Shown: positions 23,607 through 36,510 of the stretch, piece after piece
How positions within the stretch are numbered: position 1 is the stretch's first letter
How the letters are laid out: every line of letters begins with the position of its first letter
Assembly (NCBI GenBank): GCA_050575255.1
Contig: JBNZDD010013613.1
Coordinates: forward strand, 1,752,898 to 1,816,897
Direction of reading: 5' to 3'
Length of the DNA stretch: 64,000 nt
Source of the DNA: Harriotta raleighana
Lineage: Eukaryota
Made by a program: the position numbers and the translations under genes
The notes under the pieces: model-generated
The model's database searches: none
What the model saw: only the letters and a program-made list of their open reading frames with translations
What the model was told of the DNA's origin: nothing

Positions 23607-23809
23607 TATTCCACACAAATGACATTTGTTCCAGTATACTCCTACGAACAGCTACAACTAATTAACTTGGAGCACTGACTTGGACATCAGGAGAAACTCC
23701 ATTTCCTTTATGAATAGCATCATGGGATCTTTCTCCCACAAAATATACAGTCAATTCACTCATATTCCATGAATCGTTTTGAGACGTCTCGAAGACCCGT
23801 AAGGAGTTA

Positions 23810-24271
23810 CAGTAAAAGCCCGTTTATCCGGCACCCACAGGACCTGGCCAGTGCTGGTTACATGGCTTTCTGGTTCTACGTTTTTTTAAAATTTTTTAAA
23901 AAATAATTTAAATTAAAAATTATTTTAACACATACCATATTAATAATAGACTAAATAATAACAAAAATAATAGACTAAATACACTAATAACAGATACTAT
24001 AATAACAGAATATTGTATTAGTACTTTATTATTTATACTTAACTTCTGCAATGGCTGCCACGGGAGGAAAAAAGTCAGTAGCGCAACTTTAGGCTGACTA
24101 GTGGCCAGCCGATATACCTGCACAGTACTCGTGTGTGACAATCGATTCATTAAATGTGTCATCGCTATTCTGTTGGATAACTTCCGGTTTATCGAATTGG
24201 GACTTTTTGTTGAGGTTCTGGTTCAACGAGTTTTCCAGTTCATCGAGTCACGGATAAACGGGCTTTTACTG
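23810..24271. mobile_element. Tc1/mariner (Tigger/pogo-like) MITE
   Basis: Perfect 21-bp TIR CAGTAAAAGCCCGTTTATCCG, TA on both sides. Confidence 0.95.
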
Positions 24272-24304
24272 TATATCAAATACGAGGTTTATTATCCTCT
24301 CTAT

Positions 24305-25385
24305 CTGTGATCACGGCTCCCTCTGCCTCCTTATCCTCCTGGACACAGTTGACCATGCCATCTTCCTCCACCACCTGTCTTCCGTCATCCACCTCAGTGG
24401 GACCTCACTCACCTGGTTTGAGTCCTATCTCACAAACCACCAGCAGTATATCTCCACAAACGGCTTTTCCTCTCGCTCCTACCCAGTTACCTATGGGGTA
24501 CCCCAAGTATCCATCCTTGCCCCCCCTCCTCTTCCTCATCTATATGCTCCCTCTTGGGGACGTCATCCGCAGACATGGGGTACACTTCCACACATAAGCA
24601 GATGACACCCAAATTTATTTCTCCACCTCACTTTGACGTTCAGACATCAGGAACTGGATGAGCTTGAACTTCCTGCAGCTGAATGTTGACAAGACAGAAG
24701 CCATAGTCAGGTTTGACCCCCAACTGTCCTTCCTCCCCCATATCCGGTCTCTCACCAGCACTGCCTTCTACCACCTCCAGCGGATCGCCCGTCTCCGGCA
24801 ATACCTCACCTCAAAAGCCTCTGAAACCCTGGTCCACGCCTTTGTCACTTCTCGGCTGGACTATTCCAATGCCCTCCTTGCCAGTCTCCCCTCCACCACA
24901 ATCCATAAAATCCAACTCATTCAAACCAAACTTCTCTCCCCCATTACCCCAGTCCTTGCCAGACTTCACTAGCTCCCTGTCCAAGAGAGGATTGATTTCA
25001 AGATCTTCACCCTAGTCTTCAAATCCCTCCAGTGCTCTGCACCCCCCCCTACCTCTCTGACCTTCTCTCTCCCCAAATCAGCTCCCGTTGCCTTCGCTCC
25101 ATTGGGTCTGGCCTCCTCCGTGTCCCCCGAATCCTCCGCTCCACCCTCAGCGGCCATGCCTTCAGCCACTATGCCCTGAGGCTCTGGAATTCCCTTCATC
25201 GCTCCCTTCGCCTTACGCCCTCTTCCCAGTTTCAGGTCCCAGCTAAAGACTTTTCTCTTTGACCATGTCTTTGGTCACCTTTCTGTCCCTGCCCCTGGCT
25301 CGGGCCCGGGATCCGCTATTGTGAAGCGCTCAGAGACACCGTCCGGTGTGGAGGGCGCTATAAAAATCAAAGTTGTTGTTGTTGT
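24305..25385 (+). mobile_element. L2 LINE, internally deleted RT and 3' end
   Basis: LFLIYMLPLGDVIRRHG, decayed YADD (TAAGCAGATGAC), NFLQLNVDKTEAI, LVHAFVTSRLDYSNALL, (TTG)n tail. Confidence 0.95.
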
Positions 25386-26148
25386 AAACAAAGCTCTTCC
25401 CTTGGGATGTGAAAAAGAGAGGGGAGAGGAGGAGAGATAGAGAAAGACTATTCCAGAGTTTCGCACAGTCTTCCGTATGAAATTTTAAGCAGTATTGCAG
25501 ACCTCCCACCTAACAATTCAGATTCACTTTTCATCTCTTCAATGAAAACATGCAATTTGCATGACAGGAAAATAGAGTCTCAAATATTTGACTGAGAAAT
25601 ATATAATGACTGTGTTTAGGATCCCCCGGGTGCTCCTTCAGGTAAATTAAGGAAATAATCTAAATCCTTGGTGAAATCTTCTGTAATTCCATAATAAATG
25701 ACAGCTAAACTTTACTCCAGCAGCAACTGTGACAGATTCTTTACAAGATGAGAGCTTGACAATGTGACACTCTTCCCCCAAATCCCCTCCCTCCCTCATC
25801 TACCCCCAAAATACACATTATGTCACATCTATGACAAAGTCTGTCTGTATCAGCAGGGAATTCCCTCATTCAGTTGTTTCACCTCAGGCCATTGACTGTA
25901 TATTAGGCCCATTCATCTCACCACCCACAGATTTACCACCACTGAAGGCTTTATTAACAAAACCTTGAGCAATAGGTCACTTCAGTGTAATGTTATTTAC
26001 AAATCATTAGTCAATTCTCTTAACCGAATTCTTGCACGCTCTGTTTCACGCTCATTAATTTTAAAAAATTCCCATCTTGAAATTACATTTAATCACATTT
26101 GTTCAGAAATGTAATTATACCACAAAGAGACTGAATGATCTTAATCTG

Positions 26149-26392
26149 GGGTCCTGTAGCTCGGTAGTTAAGAGCACAAGCAAGTTTCCTTACCCCACAT
26201 GCCTGATAATAATCCTTGAAGAAAAAGCATTAACAAATTGGTTATTTCAATCCACGACTGTTTGCGGGATACCGCTGTACGCAAATGGCTGCTGCATTTC
26301 GCCCACAAATATTCACTTTGCAAAGTGAAGCGCTATGTGGCATCTAGAAGACGCGAAAAGTACTATACCAAATGCAAGGATTATTATTATAA
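26149..26392 (+). mobile_element. Deu-domain SINE with deleted B-box region
   Basis: GGTCCTGTAGCTCGGTAGTTAAGAGCAC joined to CAAGTTTCCTTAC, core, tail. Confidence 0.85.
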
Positions 26393-26689
26393 TCTCTTCC
26401 TCCAGACTTTCTTGATATCAGTTTTTGGAGAGGAATTACGACATTTAAATGTCATTGGTTAACGCCACTTTTCAGTGTTTGTTAACAGAGCTATATTTTA
26501 CTATCTCCTCCTACAGATTCTGTAGATAACTGACAGAGGCTGACTGACATTTACTTAGTGACAAACTCAGAAACTAGTCAGCTGGTAGAAGGCTTGCAAA
26601 ACCCACAGGAACATCAATAAGTACAAATGTAACATGTATTCTCCCGGACGTATTGTTGGAGCAAACGTGCCAATCTGGGCACAGCCCTG

Positions 26690-26950
26690 AATGAACAGTT
26701 TGTACATAGTGGGTTGTTGGACAGGAGAAACTACCTTTACTTTTAGAATAATAGTGTCATAGGATCTTTAACATCCACCTGAACAGGCAGAAGTCATCTC
26801 GGTTTAATGTCTCATTCAAAGGATCCCTCCTCCAAACACTGCCCTGCTCCAGCTTCGCTGCACTTGCTTCTCAGCCTAGACGATGAATTCAAAGTCCCAA
26901 CCCTGAACACACCACCTTGTGACTCTGCGACCAAATGAGCTAAGCTGATG
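26690..26950 (-). mobile_element. SacSINE1-like SINE fragment
   Basis: GGATCTTTAACATCCACCTGAACAGGCAGA...CTCGGTTTAATGTCTCAT. Confidence 0.75.
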
Positions 26951-27286
26951 CTCATCTATCTGTGTATCTATGGTATAGATCTACCAACAATAGGGAGATC
27001 CCCAAAGTTAACCTGAATCCTGTGTCTATGTACACTTTCCCCTCTGTTCTAAGAGAGTTTACTGAACTATGTTCTGGACGCCAATATTCCAGGATTCTGG
27101 TTTAGCAATTGACTGAGCGGAGCAGTATATTAGATAAACAATTACACTAACCCAGTGCTGCTGCGTCTCAGTCACACAACTAATCCTTGGTTTAACTTCT
27201 CATCCAAAGGATAGCACTGCACCAATTCAATGTTCCTCCAACACTGAAATGGAGTATCCAGGCCATGACACACACTCAGAGTCAGT

Positions 27287-27312
27287 AATCAATCAATCAA
27301 TCAATCAATCAA
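27287..27312. repeat. (TCAA)n microsatellite
   Basis: aatcaatcaatcaatcaatcaatcaa. Confidence 0.9.
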
Positions 27313-27434
27313 AATTACATTTATATAGTAAGTCACTCAACCTCCTCAAAAATTAGCTTTCCAGAGGAGGTCTTTCCATAGAGACGAGGAGCAGAAGCCC
27401 CCAGTTTTTCCTACCTTATTAATTATTATTAATA

Positions 27435-27814
27435 CAGTAAAACCTTGTTTATCCGTGACCCGATCAACCGGATTGCTCGACCCCCCCTCGCCATTCCAGC
27501 AATCGCGAGTTTGCTCACTTTTTGCATGCGTGTAATGCATGTGTATGTGCACTTATTAAACTTATGCACTTGGGTTATTTACCGATCAGTAAAAAATGCT
27601 GTGTTACTGATTTTTTTCCCCGAGTGGCTGGAATGCTTTATTGGTAAGTATCCACACAATACTCTGTTACTATTTGGTGTATTATTAACATGGTATGTTT
27701 TAAAATAAGTTAATTTTTTATGTTGGGTTTTCGGTAACTTGTCCCACAGCCAATTAGCCGACCAACCCCCCCACCCCCACCCCTCCAGCGTGCTGGATAA
27801 ACAAGGTTTTACTG
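27435..27814. mobile_element. Tc1/mariner (Tigger/pogo-like) MITE
   Basis: 20-bp TIR CAGTAAAACCTTGTTTATCC, TA flanks; interior similar to 52236-52562 and to the reverse of 23810-24271. Confidence 0.95.
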
Positions 27815-30183
27815 TAATATGGATTATTAATAATGATGATCTTTACATTTGAAATAGCCCCTCTCAAGTCAGGAGAAAGTCTCAAACTGCTTCACAGGAT
27901 TTACAGTAAAGTGTAAAGACAGTGTATTTTGTGGGTAATACTTGTTGGTTTCTGTGTATCTTTCTTATGTCTAATCACTTCCCTGAAACTTCCTCCTCCC
28001 ACTCTTCCAACTCATTCTTTCCCAGAACTCTGCCTTCCTCTGCTGTCTCCCTCTACAGGTTTTTAAGGTCTTAGGTTTAGTGAAACGTGGCCAATTTTCG
28101 TCACTTGTTTAATTTAGTCTTTCAACTTTCCAACCTTGTTGAAGTACCACACCTAGGCCTTTCATGTGGGTTCCAAGTTCTAAGACATTTACGTAACGTT
28201 TACCACCGAGTCTTTACCACTGAGTCATCAGAGAACCCGCATGGAGTGACTTATTGTGTCTCGTTTTCCTACTACACCCGAAAGCCATACAGGAAGTTCA
28301 GTCTTAGTCCCAGACATTCCAGCACAGAAAGGGAATGCCAAGATTTCAACCCTTTAAACAGATACCAACACCACATCAACATGTGTTTTACAGCCTTGAA
28401 GCAGATGAAGACAAGCTAAGCTTGGCACGTGGTCTCTGGGGTAGTCGGAGCCAATGGTTCACTCATCCTCATGCCATATGGCGCACATCAGTTTTGAGAT
28501 GTGTTTATCTTAAAGGGTTCAAATATTCACATTGTTGCACAAATTGCTTCACAATTTAGTCCTGGGATTTGGTGGCTTATTCTCTCCCTCGCAGATATAG
28601 GATAGCGTTGACTGGTATCTCCACGCAGTGACTGTGGCAAAGGCGGAGTTTAGTGGGTTTCTTTTAAAACCTGTCTGTTCCCCAAAGCCACACTGGGCGA
28701 GCGAGTGAAATTGTAGCTGAGTCATCAGTAAACCACTGTCTGGCACGCAACCTCAGACATGAGAAATGACAGCAGAAGGAAGACAGTGAAATTAGCGGAT
28801 ATGACCACGAATAATGTAAAACAGACCAAAAATATGCAGTGTTTGAGTTGACTCAAGTCTATGTCCGTTCAAAGACTTAACAGGAAGAAAATGTGCTGTA
28901 TCTGCTGTATAACGTGGTCTGTACTTTTGTGAAGAGCATATCCTGAGTATACTGTAGCCCACCGCCATTTGGGTTTTCTGTTAACACGTAAGTTTCCCAC
29001 TTTCGTGATAATAATAAATATTATAATTTTTGATTTGATGCATTGTTCTTTCATGTCGAGACATCCCCAAAAGCTTTGAATGATAACAACAACTTAGATT
29101 TATGTAGCACCCTCCCCGCCGAACGAGTCTCAGAGTGCTTCAAATGATACACTAGTGCAATCAATATTTTGGAGACTGTTATTGTTACTTTATCAGACAT
29201 ACATCGACTCTACATTAATGCTGTGTAAAGGATAAATAACAGCCATCAAACTGAATTGTTTTGGTTTGCATGCTATATGTGATCATAGACATACTAGTCA
29301 TAATTTTATTGTTCAGATAGGAAAACCACATAGGCTTGTATTCCATGGATTAAGGCATTAATAATTACCCTTCATGAATGTGCACTTAATGTCAGGATAA
29401 TTTGAAATTAGGTACTGTACTAACTGAAGATTAGTCAACAAACTAATCAATATATCTAAGTGGCCTGAGGGAGACTGATGGTATACAAAGGGATCTGGGT
29501 AAAGAGAAATGGATAATTAAAGGGGGGACAAATGTAAAGTAATGTACATTGGTACAGGAAGCATGTGCGTACCAGGTCATACAACACCCATAAATAAAAA
29601 TAATGATAATCTTTACAGCCCATTATCACACTGTAGAAGGCACTTCACTTTATATTTATACCGTATTGTAAAGTGGATTGTCTGTGGGCGAAACCTGAAA
29701 GCCAATTGTGCACAGCAGAGTCCCACAAACAATGTTTGCTATCATGGTTAATTTATTTTAGTGATTGGGCAGAACCCTTCACCAAGACTAGAATGGTGGA
29801 CAGGGGTAACCCTTCCAGAGCACGGAGGAAGGCAATTTTGAATGCTGAATCCATTGCATTTCTGCCATTTTTACTGATGAAAATTCACATCTGAATACTT
29901 AATTACTGAATTCTCCAGCAGGTGCAGTACATTCCCAGCATTTTGTTTTGAATTCCAAACACCAAACTGAATGGAAAAAGGGAAAAGGAATGCAAGTGTT
30001 GTTTAGCTAAGTCTTGCTCAGTTGGTAGCACTCTCAACGCTGAATCAGAACCTGTTGTGGGCTCAAATTCTGGGTCAGAATCTTGAACTTAATCTGGATT
30101 GATACTCTGTTATCATCCTCCCGACGTGAAAGGCGCTCTATAAATGTCATGTTGTTGTTACAACAGTGCTGGAGGTGTGCTGC

Positions 30184-30742
30184 AACAACAACAACAACAA
30201 CTTTGAGTTATACAGCGCCCTCCATGCCGGACGGGGTCTCAGAGCTTCACAATAGCGGATCCTGGGTCCGAGCCAGGGGCAGGGGCAGAAAGGTGACGAA
30301 AAGCGCGGTCGAAGAGAAAGGTCTTCAGCTGTGACCTGAAACTGGAAAGAGAGGGGGCGAGATGAAGGGAGTGAGGAAGGGAGTTCCAGAGCCTCGGGGC
30401 GTAGTGGCTGAAGGCACGGCCGCCGAGGGTGAGGCGGAGGATTCGGGGGACATTGAGGAGGCCAGACCCAGAGGAGCGAAGGCAGCGGGTGCTGGTTTGG
30501 GGGGAGAGGAGATCAGAGAGATAGGGGGGTGTAGAGGAGTGGAGAAATTTGAAAACAAGGGTGAGGATCTTGAAGTCAATCCTCTCTGAGAGGTGATAAA
30601 GGCATGGACCAAGTTTTCAGCGTCTTTTGGAGTGAGGTATTGCCAGAGACGGGCGATCCATCGGAGGTGGTAGAAGGCAGTGCTAATAACGGACCGGATA
30701 TGGGGGAGGACGGACAGTCGGGGGTCGAACCTGACGCCTAGG
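30184..30742 (-). mobile_element. L2 LINE 3' fragment (same subfamily as 24305-25385)
   Basis: (CAA)n tail, reverse CCGTCCGGCATGGAGGGCGCT, LVHAFITS motif. Confidence 0.95.
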
Positions 30743-30749
30743 TGTAGTG

Positions 30750-31035
30750 GTGGAGGTGGTGTTTCGGATGAGATGTTAAATTAAGGTCCTGCCTATTCAG
30801 ATGGACATTAAAAATCCTACAGCTCTATTCAAAAACAAAAGGAGTTTTTTCCAGTTGCCTGGCCAACAATCCCCCCAGCTAAAGGTGTTCATGGCTGTGT
30901 GTAAATTGGCAATGAGCTTGCCTGAAAAATACAGTCAATACGTTTTATAGAAAATTCTGTTAAGTGCTTTGAGACATCCTCCTGATGTGAAAGGCTCTAC
31001 ATCAAATGCAGTGACTATTATTTTGTTGTTATTAT
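30750..31035 (+). mobile_element. SacSINE1-like SINE
   Basis: TTTCGGATGAGATGTTAAA...GGACATTAAAAATCC...tail. Confidence 0.75.
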
Positions 31036-31519
31036 TAGCCATACATTCCAATCAATAAGAGACGGGTCACAGCCATCAACTAGAAGAAATACATCCACAA
31101 GGGAATATTTCAACAGATTATTTTCATGTTGTAAAATGAATTGTTCGGGCTAGATTTGCACTATCTGTACAACTTCAGGGTTATCCAAATGGGCACAAAC
31201 ATCGCCTTCAAAGTCCATATCCAGGCCTTCCTCTTTGACTGTGTCTTTGGTCATCTTCCCCCCTCCCCCGCACCCCCACCCCCTCCCCACCACCCACAAT
31301 CCAACCCCCACCTGGGGTACAAATCCTTGACTGTCCAGTGCCTTGGGTTGCTAAAATCTGTTCTACAAATACAATTTGTTGCTGGTATAACTTGAAAATC
31401 TATTTCAATATAAGAGATGTGTTTCTTTTGTAAATGGCAAAATATCAAAAGCAGGTCATATTTTAAACCCAAATTAAAGATTGCTATACCTAGTGATTAA
31501 CAGTTACAAGTCTGACTAA

Positions 31520-31800
31520 ACATGTTTAGTGGGAGAAAAGAAGATTAACAATGGGCATGAACTAGATCTTTAAAATACTCAAAGACCTAGAAAATCCAGT
31601 TGTAGGTAGATTATTCAATTTAAACTGTGATTGCAGAATTAGGAAGCATGAGGGCAGAATTAGGAAACCCTGACGAGACTAGAGATTAGAAGAGATTTCC
31701 CACAAAGCAGTACAATATATATGCAAATAGGCTGACACCACTAATGCTGGATTCATTAATTCTTTCAAACAGATATTAGACAGATATCTGTTAAGAACAG
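31520..31800 (+). mobile_element. old CR1 fragment
   Basis: AAAAGAAGATTAACAATGGGCATG...TTCAAACAGATATTAGACAGATATCTG resembles CR1 ORF2 end. Confidence 0.6.
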
Positions 31801-32044
31801 AATTGTAGATGATGAGGCTGAACACAATCAAATACCATCCGAAATATGTGTGGTTCCGATTTGGTCAAAACGATGGAAATCTCATCGTGGATTAAACGCA
31901 GTCCAAGATAAATAATGTAAACTACGATGCTGATTTTAAATCCTGGTGTTTCAGCTTGATTGCATTAGGGATTACGGGAACTTTGTCTATTGTCGTCCAC
32001 CCCATCCTCCTACATCCACCGCCTCTCTCTCTCTCTCTCTCTCT

Positions 32045-32341
32045 CCTCCCAGCTCAATCTTCATGGACCTGCCCTCGCCTGGTTTAACTCCTATCTTTCT
32101 CATCATTTCCACTTTGTCGCCATCAAGGCTCCTACCAAGGCACTGGATTCCTGCTTCAAGTTCCTCCTCAAGACCCTCCTCTTCGACGGTCCCATTGGTC
32201 ACCCCAAATCCCCTCCTTTCCCTCCGCCCTCCCCGATCCCGACCCCAGCTCGGGTCTGAAACATTGACTGTCCAGGGCCTTGGGATGTCCTCCCAACGTG
32301 AAAGCCGCTACACAAATGTAATTTTTCTTGTCGTTGTTGTT
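32045..32341 (+). mobile_element. L2 fragments with 3' end
   Basis: FKFLLKTLLF motif, terminal stem-loop, TTG tail. Confidence 0.85.
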
Positions 32342-32834
32342 TATAATGCAACATAGGGCAGTACTTTAAGATTATTGGTGCTTTAGCTTTACTCCATATA
32401 TACTGTATAGAAACAACTGTGTAATCCCACCTATTTTTCAAGATCACAAATTGCAACCTTATTTTCTGGCTGACGATACTGCCCACTGGTCTGGTCACTA
32501 GTTTACACGTTCCATGCTTGGGATATCTCACTGAGCAACTGCCAATTTCAGAAGCTAGAAAATACCCTCAGGGAAGGAAGCAAGCAAACTGACAAGAGGA
32601 AGAAATAAGATAATATACATTTTTATTGCACTTTATAAAAGCATTGCTCCTCGTTTCCCCCACTGAAGTATCAACCTAGACTGCAAACTCAGGTCCCAAC
32701 TTGCGGTTTGAACCCACAATCTTCCGACTCAGAACTCACACTGATACAAACTGAACCCAAACCAAAACATAAATGCAAGACATTCACATACGCCTCCTGG
32801 CCGCGATGTAGACTATACAGTACAGTATATATAC

Positions 32835-32861
32835 CTTCGTCAAAGACCTGGTTCCTGACTG
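32835..32861 (-). CDS. possible small exon of putative gene (QSGTRSLTK, phase 0-0)
   Basis: cccttacttaag acceptor (NAGNAG), AAG|gtatat donor; abuts a CR1 remnant. Confidence 0.2.
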
Positions 32862-33132
32862 CTTAAGTAAGGGTATGTGACATGTCTGTTCTGGCTTTCC
32901 CTATTACTATACTTTTTTATTTCTAACTCTTTCTTAAAATCTAATATGGATTCTGCTTTAACAATGGTTTCAGGTAGATCTATATATATATATATATATA
33001 TATACACATACACGCACACACAATCACAATCCATTCTATACAATTCACAATCTATTACTGGAACACACAACAGATTACAACAAGAAACAGTTTCTCTTGA
33101 CCAGATTTGAAATAACAGAAACTGCTACTGAC

Positions 33133-33194
33133 CATGACCGAAGAAAACTTTCTAAACTGTGAGCGAAGGTGAATGCTTTGTTTGTTGTCCTTAT
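33133..33194 (-). CDS. putative gene exon E (phase 1-0), (D)KDNKQSIHLRSQFRKFSSVM
   Basis: gcctgcattacag acceptor, ATG|gtcagt donor, 62 nt, phase matches the 34457 donor. Confidence 0.45.
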
Positions 33195-33639
33195 CTGTAA
33201 TGCAGGCACTGCCAATCCCTCAATGCCAACGGACGTCACAGAAAACCCCACAAAAGAACATAACACAGAATGACCTGTGTATCAAGCACCCACCTGCACA
33301 CAGCACACAATTTTCACATAGTCAGAAAGATATCACTCAGGTCAGGACAAAACAGTATAATCTTCACACGCTCAGAAAAACATCAGAGGCAGCTTAGCTC
33401 ACCCAAATGCACGCATGTATATTTTCCTCAATCAAAAGAGAAATTACACAAACTTAAAGNAGATAAATTACACAAACTTAAAGCTAATATTTACTCCTTC
33501 CCTGTCAAGTATGAAAGGTGTAATTTTGTTATTTAGTTTAGAATATTGCATAATTGATGATCTGTGCTACTAGTACAAGAGACTATTGTCCACCAAATGA
33601 GCAGGTATTGATTGGGGGAGAAATTACAGTTTTTAGACA

Positions 33640-33915
33640 CTGATTTTAGATATTCTAGACACCAATTTAAAATAGTTGTTGAAAGAAATGGAAGAGAGGT
33701 GAGGAGACATTTTTTCACACAGCGAGTTTTTTGGATCTGGAATACATTGCCCGAAAGGATGGTGGAAACCGATTGAATAACAACTTTTAAGAAAGAAATA
33801 GCTAATTATTTGGGGAGGACCAGTTTGCAAGGCTATCGGGAGAGCTCGGGGGAGTGGGACAGCTCTTTTCAAAGAGCCAGACATGATGGAACAAATAGCT
33901 TCCTTCTATGTTGTG
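33640..33915 (+). mobile_element. CR1 LINE 3' fragment
   Basis: GAGGAGACATTTTTTCACACAGCGAG...TGGAATACATTGCC...CTCTTTTCAAAGAGCC. Confidence 0.9.
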
Positions 33916-34456
33916 TGTAAAAAAAAATTACATGTGATTGTAGCTTCCTTCACATGATGAGGATGTCTCAAAGCGCTTCACAGAATGTGCAAGGCAATGT
34001 TTCAGAAAACAAATGATCTTTTTTTATTTGTCTAGGACACAGGGAGACACTGCCTTCTGTTTTTTTACATATTCAGTGGGATCTTTAATCTTTTAAGATT
34101 TTTCTCTGGATTTAAGAAACTGAATGCTCTAAAACGCTAAGAAAACAGGTTAATTCCAGACCCAGGTGGAATTTCTATCATATTATTTTTCCTTCACATC
34201 TGTGGGCTGTCTGAGCTATTTAGTTATTCCCACCTTACCTTGCTCATGGACCAGCTACAAGAACCATCCATGACTGGTAGAGAAGAAAAGATCCTCAGTA
34301 AGGATCTCACATAGCAATGCATAAAATAGTGCTACAGCTATAGATTTCCACATGCTGTGTTCTTGATCTCAGTCAGGTGTGATGCTTTGGGAGACGCCAA
34401 GCAAAGGTCAATTACATCTTCCCCCAGGAAGGGAGTCAAATCAGAGTAAAAATCAC

Positions 34457-34550
34457 CTCTTGTCTGTTTTCGCTGACTGCTTGATGGGTCTGTCTGCTCC
34501 GAGTGGAGTTGACAGAGGTTTAGAGCACATTGTCTACATTGGCACACTGC
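34457..34550 (-). CDS. putative gene exon D (phase 0-1), AVCQCRQCALNLCQLHSEQTDPSSSQRKQTR
   Basis: Strong acceptor ctacttttcttactggctcttccag, donor GAG|gtgatt, 94 nt open. Confidence 0.55.
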
Positions 34551-34700
34551 CTGGAAGAGCCAGTAAGAAAAGTAGACAACAGTAGACTCATGGAAGAAGA
34601 AAAAATGGCCATAAATGTTTACCGACTTTACAAGGGAGCCAAATTTGGCAGGTCAAAGAACTGTAATAAATAATATTTATTATTCCTAAGAAATTTAGAN

Positions 34701-34750
34701 GGAGAGGTAGGAGGGAGCAAGGCCGTGAATGGCCTTGTAGGTGAGGATTC
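34701..34750 (-). mobile_element. young L2 fragment at an N junction
   Basis: 34702-34748 identical to 63684-63730; flanked by a 22-bp direct repeat. Confidence 0.9.
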
Positions 34751-35224
34751 TTATTATTCCTAAGAAATTTAGGTGAAGCGCCATGGATTAAAACATCACT
34801 GTGGATTGGGTGAGAGTATTTAACTTGGTAAAGCTCTCAGGACTACTAGTCTGCTTGTTCTGTGGATCCTATGTCACCACTCAAAAACAGTCGAGTCCAA
34901 GTGACCAACCATTCTTCAGGTACATTGGTCATTCAATTCATGGCTCTTTCTAGGACTCGACTGTTTGGAAAAACTCTTGTGCATTTGCACAAATAGTCAA
35001 GTACACTTGACTGTAATTACCTGTGAAACAATAATACAAGTTCTTCCTCTTCTACTAAAAAGTATAGCAATATTGATACAGTATGATAGCACGGAGGGGA
35101 GTATTCAACTCAATGCATATTGTTAATGCATATTGTTTATTTGGCTCTGCTTATTGAAGCAAGGAATTTCATTTTGTGACCCATAACAGGACTTTGAGAG
35201 CAGAGTCTATGCTAACGTTGTAAT

Positions 35225-35535
35225 ATTGAAGATGCCGTCCTTTTGATCACAAGTTAAACCAAAGTCCTCTCTGCCCAGGTGGACATTAGAGATCCCATAG
35301 CACTATTTCAAAAGTGAGTTTCTCCCAATGTCCTGGCCAACATTCCTCCACATAAACCTGGTCATTCACTTCATGAATGTTTGTGCGACATTCCTCTGTG
35401 CAAATTGGCTGCCATATTGGCCTACAAAATACACCACTACTAAGACTTTACAGAATATCCTTATCTGTGCAATATTCAAGGTTTCCTCCTGATGTGATAA
35501 GGCGCTATATCAAATACAATGATTATTATTATTTA
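35225..35535 (+). mobile_element. SacSINE1-like SINE
   Basis: GATGCCGTCCTTTTGAT...GTTAAACC...GATCCCATAGCACTATTT, core, tail. Confidence 0.8.
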
Positions 35536-36510
35536 GTAAAGTCCCTTTTTCTCCTGACAGCTCCTGTCATCTCCTCTATATTTCACATCAGTCACATCAG
35601 AGACTGCAGCTGCTCTGGAGCAATTTGTCTCAGCCATGGCCCTGACCAGACACATGTCTATAGACAGCGATGTATTAAAGCACTTTTACATCAAACACTT
35701 CGTAAAATAGTAAAAATAGAAGCAACCAAGTGCAGGCAAACAGTTATTAGTACATCAAAGAAGAATCAAAGCAAGAGTCATTTAGGAGTACATAACACTC
35801 TTTATTCCTCCTTCCCCCAAACCCCTCCTCCGCACCCCCACCCACCCCCACCCTCCGGTCAGAAACTATGTTTATACAGAACTGGTGAGGATAAAAATGT
35901 CAACATATGAGCTGTAGGCTTGATTTGCTAACGCTCTAGTGCTCTGGCATGTTTACTAAATGGTCTGAAACCAAACTAACCTAAGCAGGATGCAGTCATT
36001 CAGAATCTTAGCACTTAGCTAATTATTTAAAGAGTTAGCCTGTCAGAAACAACTGTCAGGGAAGTACAGGCGTGATTTGCGCTGCCCTCGAACTCAGGAA
36101 AACTCCACTCGGTTATACAACAGCTAAGAGTTTACAAGGACTATTGTAAAAGGCCATGAAAAGTATTCGAGTTCTTCTGGCTACTGGACAAACAAGTTAA
36201 ACTACCTCTGTATATTACTATTATAGGGATCTTGAAGGAACAAAAACTAATTTTTAAACAGTTTATGAAGCAAGTGGACTATTTTGGTCAATAATACTGC
36301 AGAACAAACAATCCCAGGCCATCCGAGTTCAAAATACTGTACAAACAAGCTGAGTGGCCCATTTCTGTGGGTAGGTTCCTAAGTTCACTAGAACATTATT
36401 AACCATACTTTCCTTGGTGAAACACATCTTGAATTATGGAGATGACCACAAAAATATGCAAACAAATGCATTTTTCAGGTAATTTGTAACTCCTGAAGCC
36501 CTTCAACATA

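Noticed and set aside
28580-28752. Resemblance to SAMD12 (SATISLARPVWLW) and spexin (NAILYLRGR)
   Set aside because: Each short match is followed by a stop and has no supporting neighbouring exons; likely chance
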